Shown piece by piece: positions 38,003 through 50,595 of a stretch of 64,000 bases of DNA. The notes under the pieces are model-generated. The model was not told the DNA's origin. It was given only the letters and a program-made list of their open reading frames with translations, and did not search any database. Origin of the DNA: Octopus sinensis (lineage: Eukaryota); NCBI RefSeq assembly GCF_006345805.1, contig NC_043001.1, positions 72,726,001 through 72,790,000 of the forward strand, given 5' to 3'. Every line of letters begins with the position of its first letter. Position 1 is the first letter of the stretch. The position numbers and the translations under genes were made by a program.

Positions 38003-39428
38003 TAATTAATTAATTTACATTGTATCTCTATGAGAATATGTAGCAAAACAGATTTAGAGATCATGAAAGACTATTTGTGAATATCATTTTGTGCATCAGT
38101 GTTTGGTATGTTTTCCCCATAAATGTAACTTTTTATATCTTGTATAAAGTACATGAACAGGTTTCATTTTATATAAAATATATGTACATTCTATACATTG
38201 GTTATTTTACAAATTGTTCACAGGAAAATATCAAAATATCAGATTTCATTTACCATTTCTTTCAGTCAATTTACTTTCATTTTTTAACCCTTAAGCTGAA
38301 TGTTAAATCTTAACCCAACTGATTTGCCACCACCACCACCACATTCACCACCACCTATGTTAGAAACCACATTAGTATTGTTCTAACAAGACTAACTAAT
38401 AAATAGCTTTTAATCCAATGTCCATTCATTTCCATTGTTACATCACTAGCTTAATTCTTATCCTAATAATTTTTAGGTGAATTTTGTAAATTGTCTTAAT
38501 GACTTGGTTACAATGGCTTCAGTTTCCAATTTAATTCCACCATTAATAAATGCTTTCTGGGAAGTTTGATGAAGTCTAATAATGTCAGAGGTGAAGTTGT
38601 AGAAACATTGGCCACATGCATTTTGATAATGTGTGAGAGAGAATATCAAGATGAAAATGTTTTCTTGTAGTTTGCATCACAGTGTTGTATCAACACATCA
38701 GGATTTAGTGATGGACTATAAGTTAATAAATGTATACAATTTATATACTTGTTTGCCGAAACTTCTTTAGAAAACATTAAACAAAACATATTCTATTCTA
38801 ATAGAAAACTTTGATGTGATTTCCTGAATATGTTGGGGCTAATGATCAAAATTATTTACATTGTCATCTCAGTCTTATAATGTAAAGTGACTAAGTCAAC
38901 ATACATATATATCTCCTATCACATTTCATATGGCATAACTGGAGGATACATACATACATACATACATACATACATACATACATACATACATACATACATA
39001 CATACATACATACATACATACATACATCTGTGTATGAATACAAAGAGAGAGAGAATTGATGTATAAACATTAAAAAATTACATCCATGATAATTAAGAGC
39101 TCAATAATTCATTAGCAAACTCCAACATGTTATAACATCACAGTAAGTCTAGGTGGAAAATCTTTGTATGCATATACATAATCAGCTAAAACAATCCTTT
39201 AGAGCAACATATTTAGAATAAAAGGCAGAAAAGCATAATTTTTACAAATAACTCATAATTTAATTTCAGTCAACAGTAGATGTCACTGTAGGGTTAAGAA
39301 GTTTGCTTCCCAAACACATGATTTCAGGTTCAGTTCCACTATGTGACATCTTGGGCAACTGTTGTAAGTCTTGGGTCAACCAAAGCCTTGTGAGTGGATT
39401 GTGTATACAAAAACTAAAAGGAAACCAA

Positions 39429-39461
<33 letters not shown>

Positions 39462-39576
39462 ATATAATTATTCAGTTTTATTTCAAAATTTCTTGCCAAT
39501 AGAGAAAGAGATGGTTTCTAACCTAGATCCAAGGTTCCTTCATTGGAATTATGTGTGCGTGTGAGTGTGTGTGTGA

Positions 39577-39612
<36 letters not shown>

Positions 39613-39860
39613 AAGAGAGTGTGTGTGTTACTCTCTCCTTGTCTTGGCATCGTATGATAGTTGTTAAAATGAATTTCACTGTCACATAAGCTGTCATTCA
39701 TTTCCAATATTCTGAAAAAACGTATCTGGCCAGGAAGGAATTTTACCCTGCTTGAAGATAGGTGAAGGTTAGTAACAGAAAGGGCATCCAGCCATTGAAA
39801 ATATGTCTCAACAAATTCTGTTCAACTCATGTGAACATGGAAAAGAAATGACTAGTTTAT

Positions 39861-40050
39861 ATATTATTAGGTCAGTTATAACTAGGTCATATATTACCAG
39901 GTCATGTTTTAAGAGATTGGATGTAATAAAGATCAAAGGTCATGCATTATGAAGTTAAGAATAATTGGGTCAGATGTAGCTATGTCATCTATTAAGGGAT
40001 CAAGTATAATTAGGTCATTATAATTAGGTTAGGTACAACTAGGTCAGATA
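39861..40050 (+). promoter_or_regulatory. Cluster of RGGTCA half-sites including three RORE-consensus sites (may be a ~15-bp degenerate minisatellite)
   Basis: TAACTAGGTCA 39879, TAATTGGGTCA 39962, TAATTAGGTCA 40007; further AGGTCA at 39869, 39899, 39937, 40041. Confidence 0.35.
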
Positions 40051-40289
40051 TTGGTTTTAAAGTTTGGTGCTGGGTCAGCAAGTTTAGGGAAGTGGGTAAG
40101 TTGATTGCATCAATCACCCTAGTCCTTTATTGGTACTTATTTTAATGACCCTGAAAGGATGAAAGTCAAGGTCAACCTAACCAATAAAGATGGATGAAAT
40201 GTAGCTAAGTATTTTACCTGGCATACTAACAATTCTAGACAGAAACTGAATGAAGCCTGTCATATGTTTTTGTTTGTGTGTGTGTGTGT

Positions 40290-40435
40290 GTTGTAGGAAG
40301 CTTGCCTCCCAACTACATGGTTCCAGGTTCAGTCCCACTGTGTGGCCCCTTGAGCAAGTATCTTCTACTATAACTTTGGGCCAACCAAAGCTTTGTGAGT
40401 GGATTTGCTAAACAGAAACTGAAAGAAGCCTGTCA

Positions 40436-40469
<34 letters not shown>

Positions 40470-40740
40470 TGTTTGTGTTTGTGTGTTTGTGTGTGTGTTT
40501 GTGTGTGTGTGTGTGTCTTTATGTCTATGTTTGTCCCCACCACTGCTTGACAACCAGTGCTTGGTGTGTTGATGTTCCCATAACTTAGCAGTCTGGCAAA
40601 TATGACCAATAGAATAAGTACCAGGCTTAACAAAAAAATAAGTACTGGGGTCAATTCATTCAACTAAAACAAATTGTTCAAGGCAGTGCCCCAGCATGGC
40701 CGTGGTCTAATGACTGTAAAAAGTAAAAGATAAAAGATAT
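40290..40740 (+). mobile_element. tRNA-derived SINE (copies at 39285-39460, 44295-44665, 51675-52050(-), 52625-52830(-), 57580-57900(-), 62360-62520(-))
   Basis: ggttccaggttcagtcccact..gtgagtggatttg..gaaactgaaagaagcc..(TG)n..aataagtaccagg..ccagcatggcc..atgactg. Confidence 0.85.
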
Positions 40741-41367
40741 ATAAAAATGTACACACACACACATCAATATATATATATGTGTGTGTGTGTCTCCTTGAAA
40801 TGACATCAGATGATAGTTGTAAATGAGTGTCACCATCATACAAGCAGTGTCCAGTCTTCTGTGAAAACGTATATCTGATCATGAGGAACTATTACCTTAT
40901 TTGGAAACAGCTGAGAGTTGGCAACAGGAAGGGCAGTCACCTGTAGAAAATCTGCCTTAGTGAATTCCATCCACCCTCTGTGAACAGTTGAAAGTGGACG
41001 TTAAAACAATGATGACGGTGTATTCTCACTCCACATCCAATAATACCAATTCTTATGGAAGCAAAATTGAAGCATGTCTTGACACTAAAGACTGTCTAAA
41101 AATAATCATCTGCTCAGTGACCCACAAATACCTAAAATATGTTAGTATATTTTAGAAAAGTTCTGATGCCTATAAAAATACTTCTGTTTTCAGAGATCAT
41201 TTGTTACTGGACCCTGAAAATTACATTATCTAGTGTATCTTACCCTATTTAAGATGGTAGAATGTGTGTTGAGGGAACTTGGCTATCTGACTCTTGTTTT
41301 TTTATAGCAAATTGGGTAACCATGTAGAGTTTTCCTTATTGGCTTCTTGCTCATATCTTCTTTACAG

Positions 41368-41495
41368 ATGTTGACCTGCAACAGTTTAAAAAGAACATCA
41401 TCAAGGTCCCCGGTTTCAGAGAATCTGCAAAGATAATGAGCAATGCCTTTTGCTCTAGACCAGGGGCCAGCAAAGTGTTTAATAATCACTCCTAG
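41368..41495 (+). other. Possible host coding exon (unassigned)
   Basis: Polypyrimidine acceptor tcttctttacag followed by an open frame (D)VDLQQFKKNIIKVPGFRESAKIMSNAFCSRPGASKVFNNHS*; no homology recognised. Confidence 0.2.
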
Positions 41496-43401
41496 GGATC
41501 TATATGGCTATCCAAAGGATTAATTACACCATTTGAAAAAGTATTAAGGATGCTAAATTATTAGGGAGCTGAATTTGGAAGAGCAAAATAATTTAAGGCT
41601 AAAACTCACTAATTTCCAGCCAAATATTGATGCTGTGACTAATAAACACTAAACATATATTTCGCATTAAATATTCTGATTATATCAATACAAATGATTT
41701 TTTTTTATTTTTCTTTATCAATTTCAGTAAGTATTTTTTTAATTATATTTCTTTAGATATTCCTTATCAAAAAGTGGTAATGATACAAAAGAATGAAAGA
41801 ATTAGTTTTTAAATCAAAAAAAAATTTTATTAATTATACTTATTAATTTCATTTCAGAAATTAACATGATAAGGGTCAATAAGTTATCAATGATTGTATG
41901 AAGGGGTCAATTACATAAGAAATTTGCCAAACCCTGGTTTAAATGGAACATTAATAACATCAAGTTCACAGGTCTCGGATGGACTGCTCCTTCTCAACTC
42001 AACAAGTAAAACAAAATAAATATTCATCATCATCATCATCGTATAACATTCAAGTTCCACACTGGCAATTTTTTCTGATGTCTCCAAGAACTGCATCATT
42101 CACTACTGTCTACATTGACATGGACAGCAGGATGCTCTTCTGAACACCAATCACTTTACATTGTGTACTTGGCACTTTTTTCATTGCAACAGTAGTAGCG
42201 AGGTCACCATGCAGTATGCAACACTACAAGCTCCAAGGGATGGCTTTCTGTTCAGAGATGAAGGATTGAAGTATGAGGAAAGAGGCCAGAGCAAAACAGG
42301 TTTCTTGCTGTAGACAAGCTACAATGCTACTCATATTTTTAAAAGCAATAGTAGGAATGATTGGTTGGAGGTTGCAAAAGTGCATAGGGGAGTAAGAGAT
42401 AATAAATTATCTAACAATTGCTTAATTTCTCATTTGTTGGTATGTGTTGTTTAGCTGTTGTAACTGGTTGCTGTTTGTTACAACTTAAAACAGAGAAAAG
42501 CAGTGAAAAAAAAACTCTTATGGAATTGGGACAGGAAGTGTTTATTTCTATCATGTTGTCAGTTACAATGACTCACTGACTTCTTTGTGTCCGGTTCCAG
42601 AAATGACAAGCTATTGAATGGCAAGCCCTTCCCCAACAGACTCAGATGCTAGTCTATTGCAAACAGGTTTATTTTTAGCTGATATTAGGGAACAATCAAG
42701 AATTTGCACAGTGTTTTTATACAAAGCACGTGTGAATCTGAGCAGGTTTGGTCCATAGTTTTATCACTCCATTGTCTGAAGAGCCAACTTTATATGTATA
42801 TTGTATCTATAGCACTGTGCTATAGCCATTAGTCAAGTGACATAATTTTTAGTTGTCCACATACATCTTATTTCAATTATATATCTTACATAGTTTCTAT
42901 CCACCAATGTTAGCAGCAGGAGTAGTGTATAATCCAATAAAAGTTTCATTGTCATACAATACCATGAATAAATTCTACCAGAGAAATAGTTTGGTAAAAT
43001 ATTCTCTCTTTTGTTGCTCTGCTGATTTCCTTCCCAACATGGAATGCAGTATGATGAACCAATGAGGGAACTGCAGCAGTGGTTAAATAATAAAGTTAGA
43101 AGAAGGAACCAAATTATTCTTAAATCATGCTCTACTATCTTTATGCTTCCCAACATACAAAACAGGACAAGTCAATGCAGGAACCTTTTTGTCAGACAAT
43201 CAGATAGAAACACCTGTCAAATCACTCTCAAATCACATCTTAAGTAAAAAAAAACAATAGCTGATACTTTGGATGATGTAGGTGTTGTAAGTGAGATGAT
43301 TATGTCAGAATGTCTTTTATTGTAGCTGGGATTGACCTGGGGCTAAACAACAACAATTTATTTTATAAACAATCTCCTGTGTTTTGTTTTATATACATAT
43401 A

Positions 43402-43780
43402 CTAGCAGTATCGCCTGGCGTTGCTCGGGTTTGTAAGGGAAATAACTATATAAGCATTTTTAGAGATGTAAAGTATAATAGCCATCTCAATATGGCTAAC
43501 CACAAAGTGGGGTGTTACTGTAGCTTTTTACGTTCTGAGATTTAATAATACATTTTTAGAGAGTTACTTCCCTTATATAATAGCAAAAAAATGCATTAAA
43601 AATGGGAAAAAATCATGGTAATTTTTTTTTTAAATCGTAGACTCATCGTAGATGCGCGCTAATACCCAGAAGGGCTTAATATGAATCACGACTATCAGAT
43701 ACCCACTTTTGGTTATACTGCACCGCAAAATGTGGGAGTAGTTAGGAATCTAAATCGTAGGAGACAGACACACAACTTCA
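43402..43780 (-). mobile_element. Non-autonomous Helitron
   Basis: Minus-strand 3' end cccgagcaacgccaggcg..CTAG|T; 5' part abuts an RTE tail. Confidence 0.75.
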
Positions 43781-44290
43781 TCATCATCATCATCATCATC
43801 ATTTAGCGTCCGTTTTCCATGCTAGCATGGGTTGGACGGTTCAACTGGGGTCTGGGGAGCCCGAAGGCTGCACCAGGCCAGTCAGATCTGGCAGTGTTTC
43901 TACAGCTGGATGCCCTTCCTAACGCCAACCACTCCGAGAGTGTAGTGGGTGATTTTATGTGCCACCGACACAGGTGCCAGACGAGGCTGGCGAACGGCCA
44001 CGCTCGGATGGTGTTTTTATGTGCCACCGACACAGGTGCCAGACGAGGCTGGCTGACGGCCACGCTCGGATGGTGTTTTTATGTGCCACCGACACAGGTG
44101 CCAGACGAGGCTGGCTGACGGCCACGCTCGGATGGTGTTTTTATGTGCCACCGACACAGGTGCCAGATGAGGCTGGCGGACGGCCATGATCGGATGGTGT
44201 TTGTTACGTCCCCAAAGCACGGAGGCCAGTCTATGCGGTACTGGCTACGGCCACGTTCGGATGATTTTCTTGTGTGCCACCGGCAAGACG
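43780..44290 (-). mobile_element. Young RTE 3'-UTR/SINE-like copy with 4 x 62-bp internal tandem repeat
   Basis: (CAT)n tail; matches RTE UTRs at 35950-36290 and 59300-59700; units start at 43957, 44019, 44081, 44143. Confidence 0.9.
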
Positions 44291-44683
44291 AAGGAGTGAC
44301 TGTATGGCAAAAAGCTTGCTTCCCAACCACGTAGTTCCTGGTTCAGTCCTACTGTATGGTACCTTGGGCAAGTGTCTTCTACTATAAGAGCAAAACCATG
44401 TGAGTGGATTTGGTAAACAGAAACTGAAAGAAGCCCATCGTATATATATATGTATATACATCTATGCATGTGTGTGTTTGTTCCCCACCCCCATCAACAC
44501 TTGACAACCAGTGTTGGTGTATTTACATCCCAGTAACTTAGCAGTTCGGCAAAAATAGACCAACAGAATAAATACCAGACTTTAAAAATAAGTACTGGGG
44601 TCAATTCAAGGTGGTGTCCCAGCATGGCAAAGTCTAATGACTGAAACAGGTAAAGATAAAAGATATTTATATATATATATATA

Positions 44684-44733
<50 letters not shown>

Positions 44734-44914
44734 ATACAGGGGAATGGTACTACTGGTTCATTTTCACTATCACTCTCCCCTACAAATCAGTAGCCATGTA
44801 GCTCATCTACAACAAAGAACTTGCTAAACCCCAACCCTTTCTCACATACCTTGACCTTCACCTAGCTCAGAGATACACCCCACTACTCAGGTTTTGTAGA
44901 TCTGTGAACTGCAC

Positions 44915-45440
44915 GGCAACCTCACTAGTGTTGATAGCACAAAAAAAGCACTCAGTACATGATGTAATGTGGTTGGCATTAGAAACCAGCTGTAGAGACC
45001 ATGCCAAAGTGCACACTGGAGCATGATGCACTCCTTGGACTCATTAGAACCAGCCAACCCATGCCAGTATGGAACATGGATGTTAGATGATGATGATGTA
45101 TATCATCATCAACATTTAACATTTATTTTCCATGCTGACATGGGTTGGATGGCTTGATAGGAACTGGAAAGAACAGGGGCTGCACCAGGTTCCATAGTCT
45201 GTTTCTACAACTGGATGCCCTTCCTAATGCCAACCACACTACAAAGCATACTGGGTTGGGGTTTTATGTAGCACCTTGGTTTTAGGATCTTAATTCTGCT
45301 GTGGTGGGTAGATCTTGTGTACTGCAAGGTACCACATATCTTGGTCCTCTGCCACTTTCTTCATAAGCTTCAGCACTTTGAGATCAGTCTTCAATACTTC
45401 ATCCCATGTTTCCTGCATCTCCTTTTTCTGCAACTCTCTC
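44915..45440. mobile_element. Two old RTE-tail fragments, tail-to-tail
   Basis: aacccatgccagtatggaa..gatgatga (+) facing catcatc..ttccatgctgacatgggttgg (-). Confidence 0.7.
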
Positions 45441-45500
45441 TGCTTTAAGTGACTGGCATTTCTTTATGCAACTGTTCACATCCATCTGCATATGTATATA

Positions 45501-45534
<34 letters not shown>

Positions 45535-46855
45535 CGTGTGTGTGCGTGTGTGTGTGTATGTATATATGTATGTATGTATGTATGTATGTGTGTGTGTGTG
45601 TGTGTGTGTGTATGTCTGTATGTATGTATGTATGCATGTATGCATGTATGTACGTATGTATGTGTGTATGTATGTGTGTGTGTATGTGTGTATGTATGTA
45701 TGTATGCATGTATATTTTAATATTTGCAGCAATATTACATTTGGTATCTTGAAAATATAAATATTGCCATGTGCAGAGATCACATTATGTAAGGGGATAA
45801 AACATTTTACTTCAGAAATGGGAATAGCATTATACTGAGAACACATTGTACTCTCATAAATACAGTAAGTATAATATATCCTAATTATACTCTGTGTGTT
45901 TGTGTGCCTCCATCATTGTCCTACTGGGGTAGCCAAGTATCTCCTCTGTAGTAATACCACAATCTCCCACCTGGCACACAGCCACTTCCTTCAGTACCAC
46001 TCCTTCTCTCAGCAGAGAGGTCTTTGTCATGCAAGGTATATGGCAACCCTGCTAGTGCTAGTGCTGGTGCTATGTAAAAAGCACCTGTGCTAGTGCCATG
46101 TAAAAAGCGCCCAGCACACTCTGTAAATTGGTTGGTGTTAGGAAGGGTATCAGCCATAGAAGCCATGCCAAAACAATCAGTTGGAGCCTGATGCAGCCCC
46201 CAGTCTTGCCAGCTCCTGTCAAACTGTCCAACCCCTGCCAGCATAAAAAATGAATGTTAAATAATGATGATGTTATATTTATGCATGTGTATGTGTGTAT
46301 ATATATATCACCAGAAGAGTAGAAAACCAGATGTTCAGATAAGCAATCTTGTTCTTTCAACCTCGTACATCTCTAATCCTTCTCTTTCAGCGCAGATCAT
46401 CATAATTAGCTTATTAGTTCATTTCATTATTCTATCTATTTCATTACCTATGTAAACATAGTTTCATCTTCCATGCTGTATGTTTAAAAAAACACGCTTA
46501 AGATCCCTTTCGCTCGATCCAATTCACTCTCTTTCACATTCATTTATTATCGTCACTTAAATCATTCATTTATTTAATTTTGTCACAGATTGGCTGACCG
46601 AAAACTCTTGGTAATAGCTCTAGCTAAGATTTTCAAATACCCAATTCTATCTCACTGTTATTATAATATTCTCTGACACTGGCAACTTGAGTTTCTCTAC
46701 TGTTTCACGGTACCAGGAGTCTCTAACTTCTGACCTCTATTGGATGTCTTCCATAAACACTTCTAAAGGCTTAATGCACCCCCTCATCCCTACTTAGGGT
46801 TTATCTCCTATGTAAGGTAGCAATCATACAGTGCATAATAATGATGGTGTGATGT

Positions 46856-47183
46856 ATGCAGGCTGAAGACTATTGTACATACATGAGTTCTGCCAAATGC
46901 AAGCTTGCTTTTCAGGTACATGACACTGCTGTTCCCCATCCCAGGCTCTCATGGGCCCGCACCTCCCATACCCTCAGGGTTGGCACACTCAATGTGGGCA
47001 CACTGAAAGGTAGGCCTGGTGAGATTGTTGAGATGCTTGAATGTAGATGTGTAGATTTATGCTGCATCCAAGAAGTAAGGTGGAAAGGTGGTTCTGCTAG
47101 ATTCTTCACAGGCAAAGAATATAGGTATAAGATTTTCTGAGCAGGGAACACTGATGTGGTCGAGGGCATAGGTATACTTCTTG
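46856..47183 (+). pseudogene. RTE LINE endonuclease N-terminus fragment
   Basis: LRVGTLNVGTLKGR..VDLCCIQEVRWKG..GIGILL. Confidence 0.9.
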
Positions 47184-47530
47184 TTTTGAGGTCTTGAAGA
47201 TGGAGGTCCCGAGTATTTCCATCAGACACTATTGTGCAAATCTTTTTCACTAAATTAAAGGGAATATTTCTTTTGATGTGTTTTGGATGGCATGAGCTAA
47301 ACAGAAGATATTGCTTCAAATCCATTGGTTGATGATAAATGTCTGTTAAAATTTGGTTGAGGACTTTTTTTATCATAACTAAGAAAGGGAGCTATTCATT
47401 GCTATATTCCATTGTAAACTGAACGCTAGGGTTTATACTGTTTAAGATTGATTTAAATTCCAAAAGTTTATCAATGGTCTCATTCCAAATGATAAAGCAG
47501 TTATCCAGATATCTTTCCCAGTTCTATATA
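47183..47530 (-). pseudogene. Penelope-like RT fragment
   Basis: YLDNCFIIW..LNSINPSVQFTME..LPFL..TDIYHQPMDLKQYLLFSSCHPKHIKRNIPFNL..ICTIVS. Confidence 0.9.
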
Positions 47531-47754
47531 TTCAACAGTATCGGCACCAAGCAGTGTTCAGGCATAAGTGAACTTTAGTTAAAATATGTTTGAGACATAT
47601 TTCAACTTCTAAAGGTAAATTCACTGCAGTTACTATGGGGAAAAAATAATTTCTTTTGGTATAAAGGTGTAAAAACACCATATCTGCCCAGGGTTTCCCC
47701 CTGCTTGATTTCCAGATACAACATTTCTAGCTGTTTAGCTGTTTTCATATATAT

Positions 47755-47803
<49 letters not shown>

Positions 47804-50384
47804 GGATACAGTATATTCACTGTATTTAGGCCGCAAGTGAAATATATTCTCTGGTATAATGCTATTCCCACCTCTGTAGTAATATATTTTATCCCCTTAC
47901 ATAATGTGATTTCTGGGTATGGCAATATTCAAATTTTTAAGAAACCAATTATAATATTGCTGCAAATATTAAAACACATAAAATAAATGTAACTAAATAA
48001 AAATAAATAAAACATACATTAAAATTTTGCTTTTTCTCAGTAATTTTTACTGAAAAACTATTAAGCAAAGACTGCAGTACAGGTTGAAAAAAGAAAAGGC
48101 TTATTGTTCATAAAATTAATTTATTACTTAGAAACTAAAATTAATTTATTACTTAGAAACTACCAAAGTCTGGTTTATAATCTGATTCTCCAAATAACTC
48201 TATTCTGCTTGATTTAACTTTCATCAATGCCCCCTCCCCCCATCCTATCATTCTATTATCTTTTTCATCCAAATTTGCAGTGGTGTCTGTAGTTGCCTTC
48301 TGATCATTCCATATCAAATTATCTTTTGTTCCAACCAATTTATTACTGATGCAATTCTTAAAAAGTTCAAAGAAACCTCACACTCAAATAAACCATTCCT
48401 AGTTACTTTCATCCAAGTGACAACAATATAAAACCAGGCTTTAGAGATTACTTCCAGCTTTTCTCATCTTCATCTGCTGACATCCCTAATATCCAGTGTT
48501 TGTTATCTTCATCCTTAAAGAGTTTGTTCAAAAGCTAAAGAACACTAGTCAATGTAAATGGCATTATAGCTTGATAAGTTTTAATATCTTTCAATATTAT
48601 TGTACTGGCACAGTAAGATGAGTCCTAAACTGATCCCCACCTGCAGGTTTCTTTAGAAGTAATCCAGATTGTTTATCTGATACTTTTCTCCTTCATAAAT
48701 GCATAACTTCTCCATCATTTTAGCCTTTAGGTTGGCACTGTATAATATCCCGACAAGAAAATACTTCATTTTTAAAACATTATCTGTTTTTAAAAAATAA
48801 CCTTGGGATTTCGTTCAATCCCATCAGCTAAACATGAAACTCAGTAAAATATATTCTTGAGTATGACACAAGATCAAGGCCTTCCTACTGGCAGTAATCA
48901 AAAGAGCACATTGAAAGAGAATATATTAATTACAGAATTGATGGAGGTTGGGAAGAAATAATTAATCACACTGTTTCTAACTGCCCAGTCTTATCCAAGA
49001 GAAAATATATCTACAGACATGATAGAACTGGGGCCTTCATATATTGGAAATTATCTCAGAATTATACATTATCAAAAGAAAAGAGATGATATAAACACCT
49101 CCAGAGAATGTATAAGAGAATGACAATATGACAATACTCTAAGCCATAAATATGCTAAGCCATAAAGACAGGAAGATAAAGGCTAATTGGTTGGATAGTG
49201 TTGTAAAAGACAACCAGGAATGGAATTGCTTCCTAGCTGATGTTTAAATCTGGAGATAAAGATAATGTGGGGAATAAAAATAGAAACAATCTCTTGAGAT
49301 TAATGAAACAAAACATGCAACTAAAAAGTCTGCACCAATCCTACAGAGCTCATGGCGCTGCAGCTTATCCAGATTTTCCAGATGTTTTAGACTTAGAGTA
49401 CAAGACTTGCTTCTATTGGACAGGATGTCAGCCTGTACTGGAGTGATTTGATATGAAGTGTGCCACTCAAGGACTCAGTGTGCCACCCAATCCAAGAACT
49501 GAACTAAACTTAACATGAGTCTAACACCCTTACCAATGAGCCATGCTTCTTCACATACTGACTTATATATAACCAAAACTCCAAGGACTTAAAAATATGA
49601 CCAACATATAGTAAATAGCATTACTAATCTCTTTAGCCATACTACATTGGGTACTTTCAATACAACAGAAGTAAAAAAAATGTTTCTTGTTAAGGTTTGT
49701 ATTTCCTTGAAAAATCGTTCACTCTGGGGGAAACATCTTTACTTGCTGTAACATCTCTCAGGATCTCAGACAGAATTCCCTGTTATCAGTATTCAGTTGT
49801 TCAATCAGCTGAACTGCCAGCCTCATTGAATTAACATGTAAGTGACTGAGTATTCCATAGACGTTTACCCTAACATAAGGTGAAATCAACTTGACATTGT
49901 GTGTGATAAGTATGTCCTTTTTGAATTACCGGTATGATCCATTTGATGGGCTTCCGTACAATTTCTGTCAACTCAGTTAGGCTCAAAAGACAGAAATCAA
50001 CCAGAGACTATAGAAAATGACTCCTGCCTGAGATGCCACACAGCAGACCTTATGATTGCAAAGTAAACTTCTTAACCATACTGTGTCTCGTAAATGATAG
50101 ACTAATTTCTTGTACATACTGTTCTCATACAAACACCTGACAAATACCAATATTTGAGCCATGTTTGAAATGTAGAACCTATTGTTGGATAAACATGCAG
50201 TTTTGCGGGTTTAGAATGAAATGGAAATAAATTCATCAGAAGAGATCTCTCTATCATCCAATAAAGAGAAATTAACAGAACTCCCTTATTAAGTCACATC
50301 CACAAGCATCTACTTGTATTGAACCTTTTAGTGATATCTTACAGATTACAAAAATAGCAGCTGAGGAACACCATCATGACATAC

Positions 50385-50595
50385 TACAAGGGGGTTCCTG
50401 GCTTTGGGTTAAAGAAAATATAGGAGGATCAGTTAATTATGATTTTATTTAACATATTTCCCTCTCAGATTCACACACTTATTGCAGCAGTCCTTCAGCT
50501 TTTCTAAGCCCTGTAAAAGAACTCAGACAGTTGGGCCTCCAACCAGGCCTTTCATGATACCCTTAAAGCCAGGAACTGTTCAGTACCCCCTTGTA
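50385..50595. mobile_element. Mariner-derived MITE
   Basis: TAcaaggggg(deletion)ttcctggcttt .. aaagccaggaactgttcagtacccccttgTA; TA termini. Confidence 0.8.

Larger units (their letters stand above)
45715..47974. repeat. Inverted repeat pair (~170 bp; 45715-45887 vs 47797-47974)
   Basis: ttttaatatttgcagcaatatta..cacattatgtaaggggataaaa..gggaatagcattatac mirrored at 47.8-47.97 kb. Confidence 0.85.

Noticed and set aside
43957-44202. CRISPR-like regular repeats
   Set aside because: Head-to-tail 62-bp units with no unique spacers, inside an RTE UTR in a eukaryotic context
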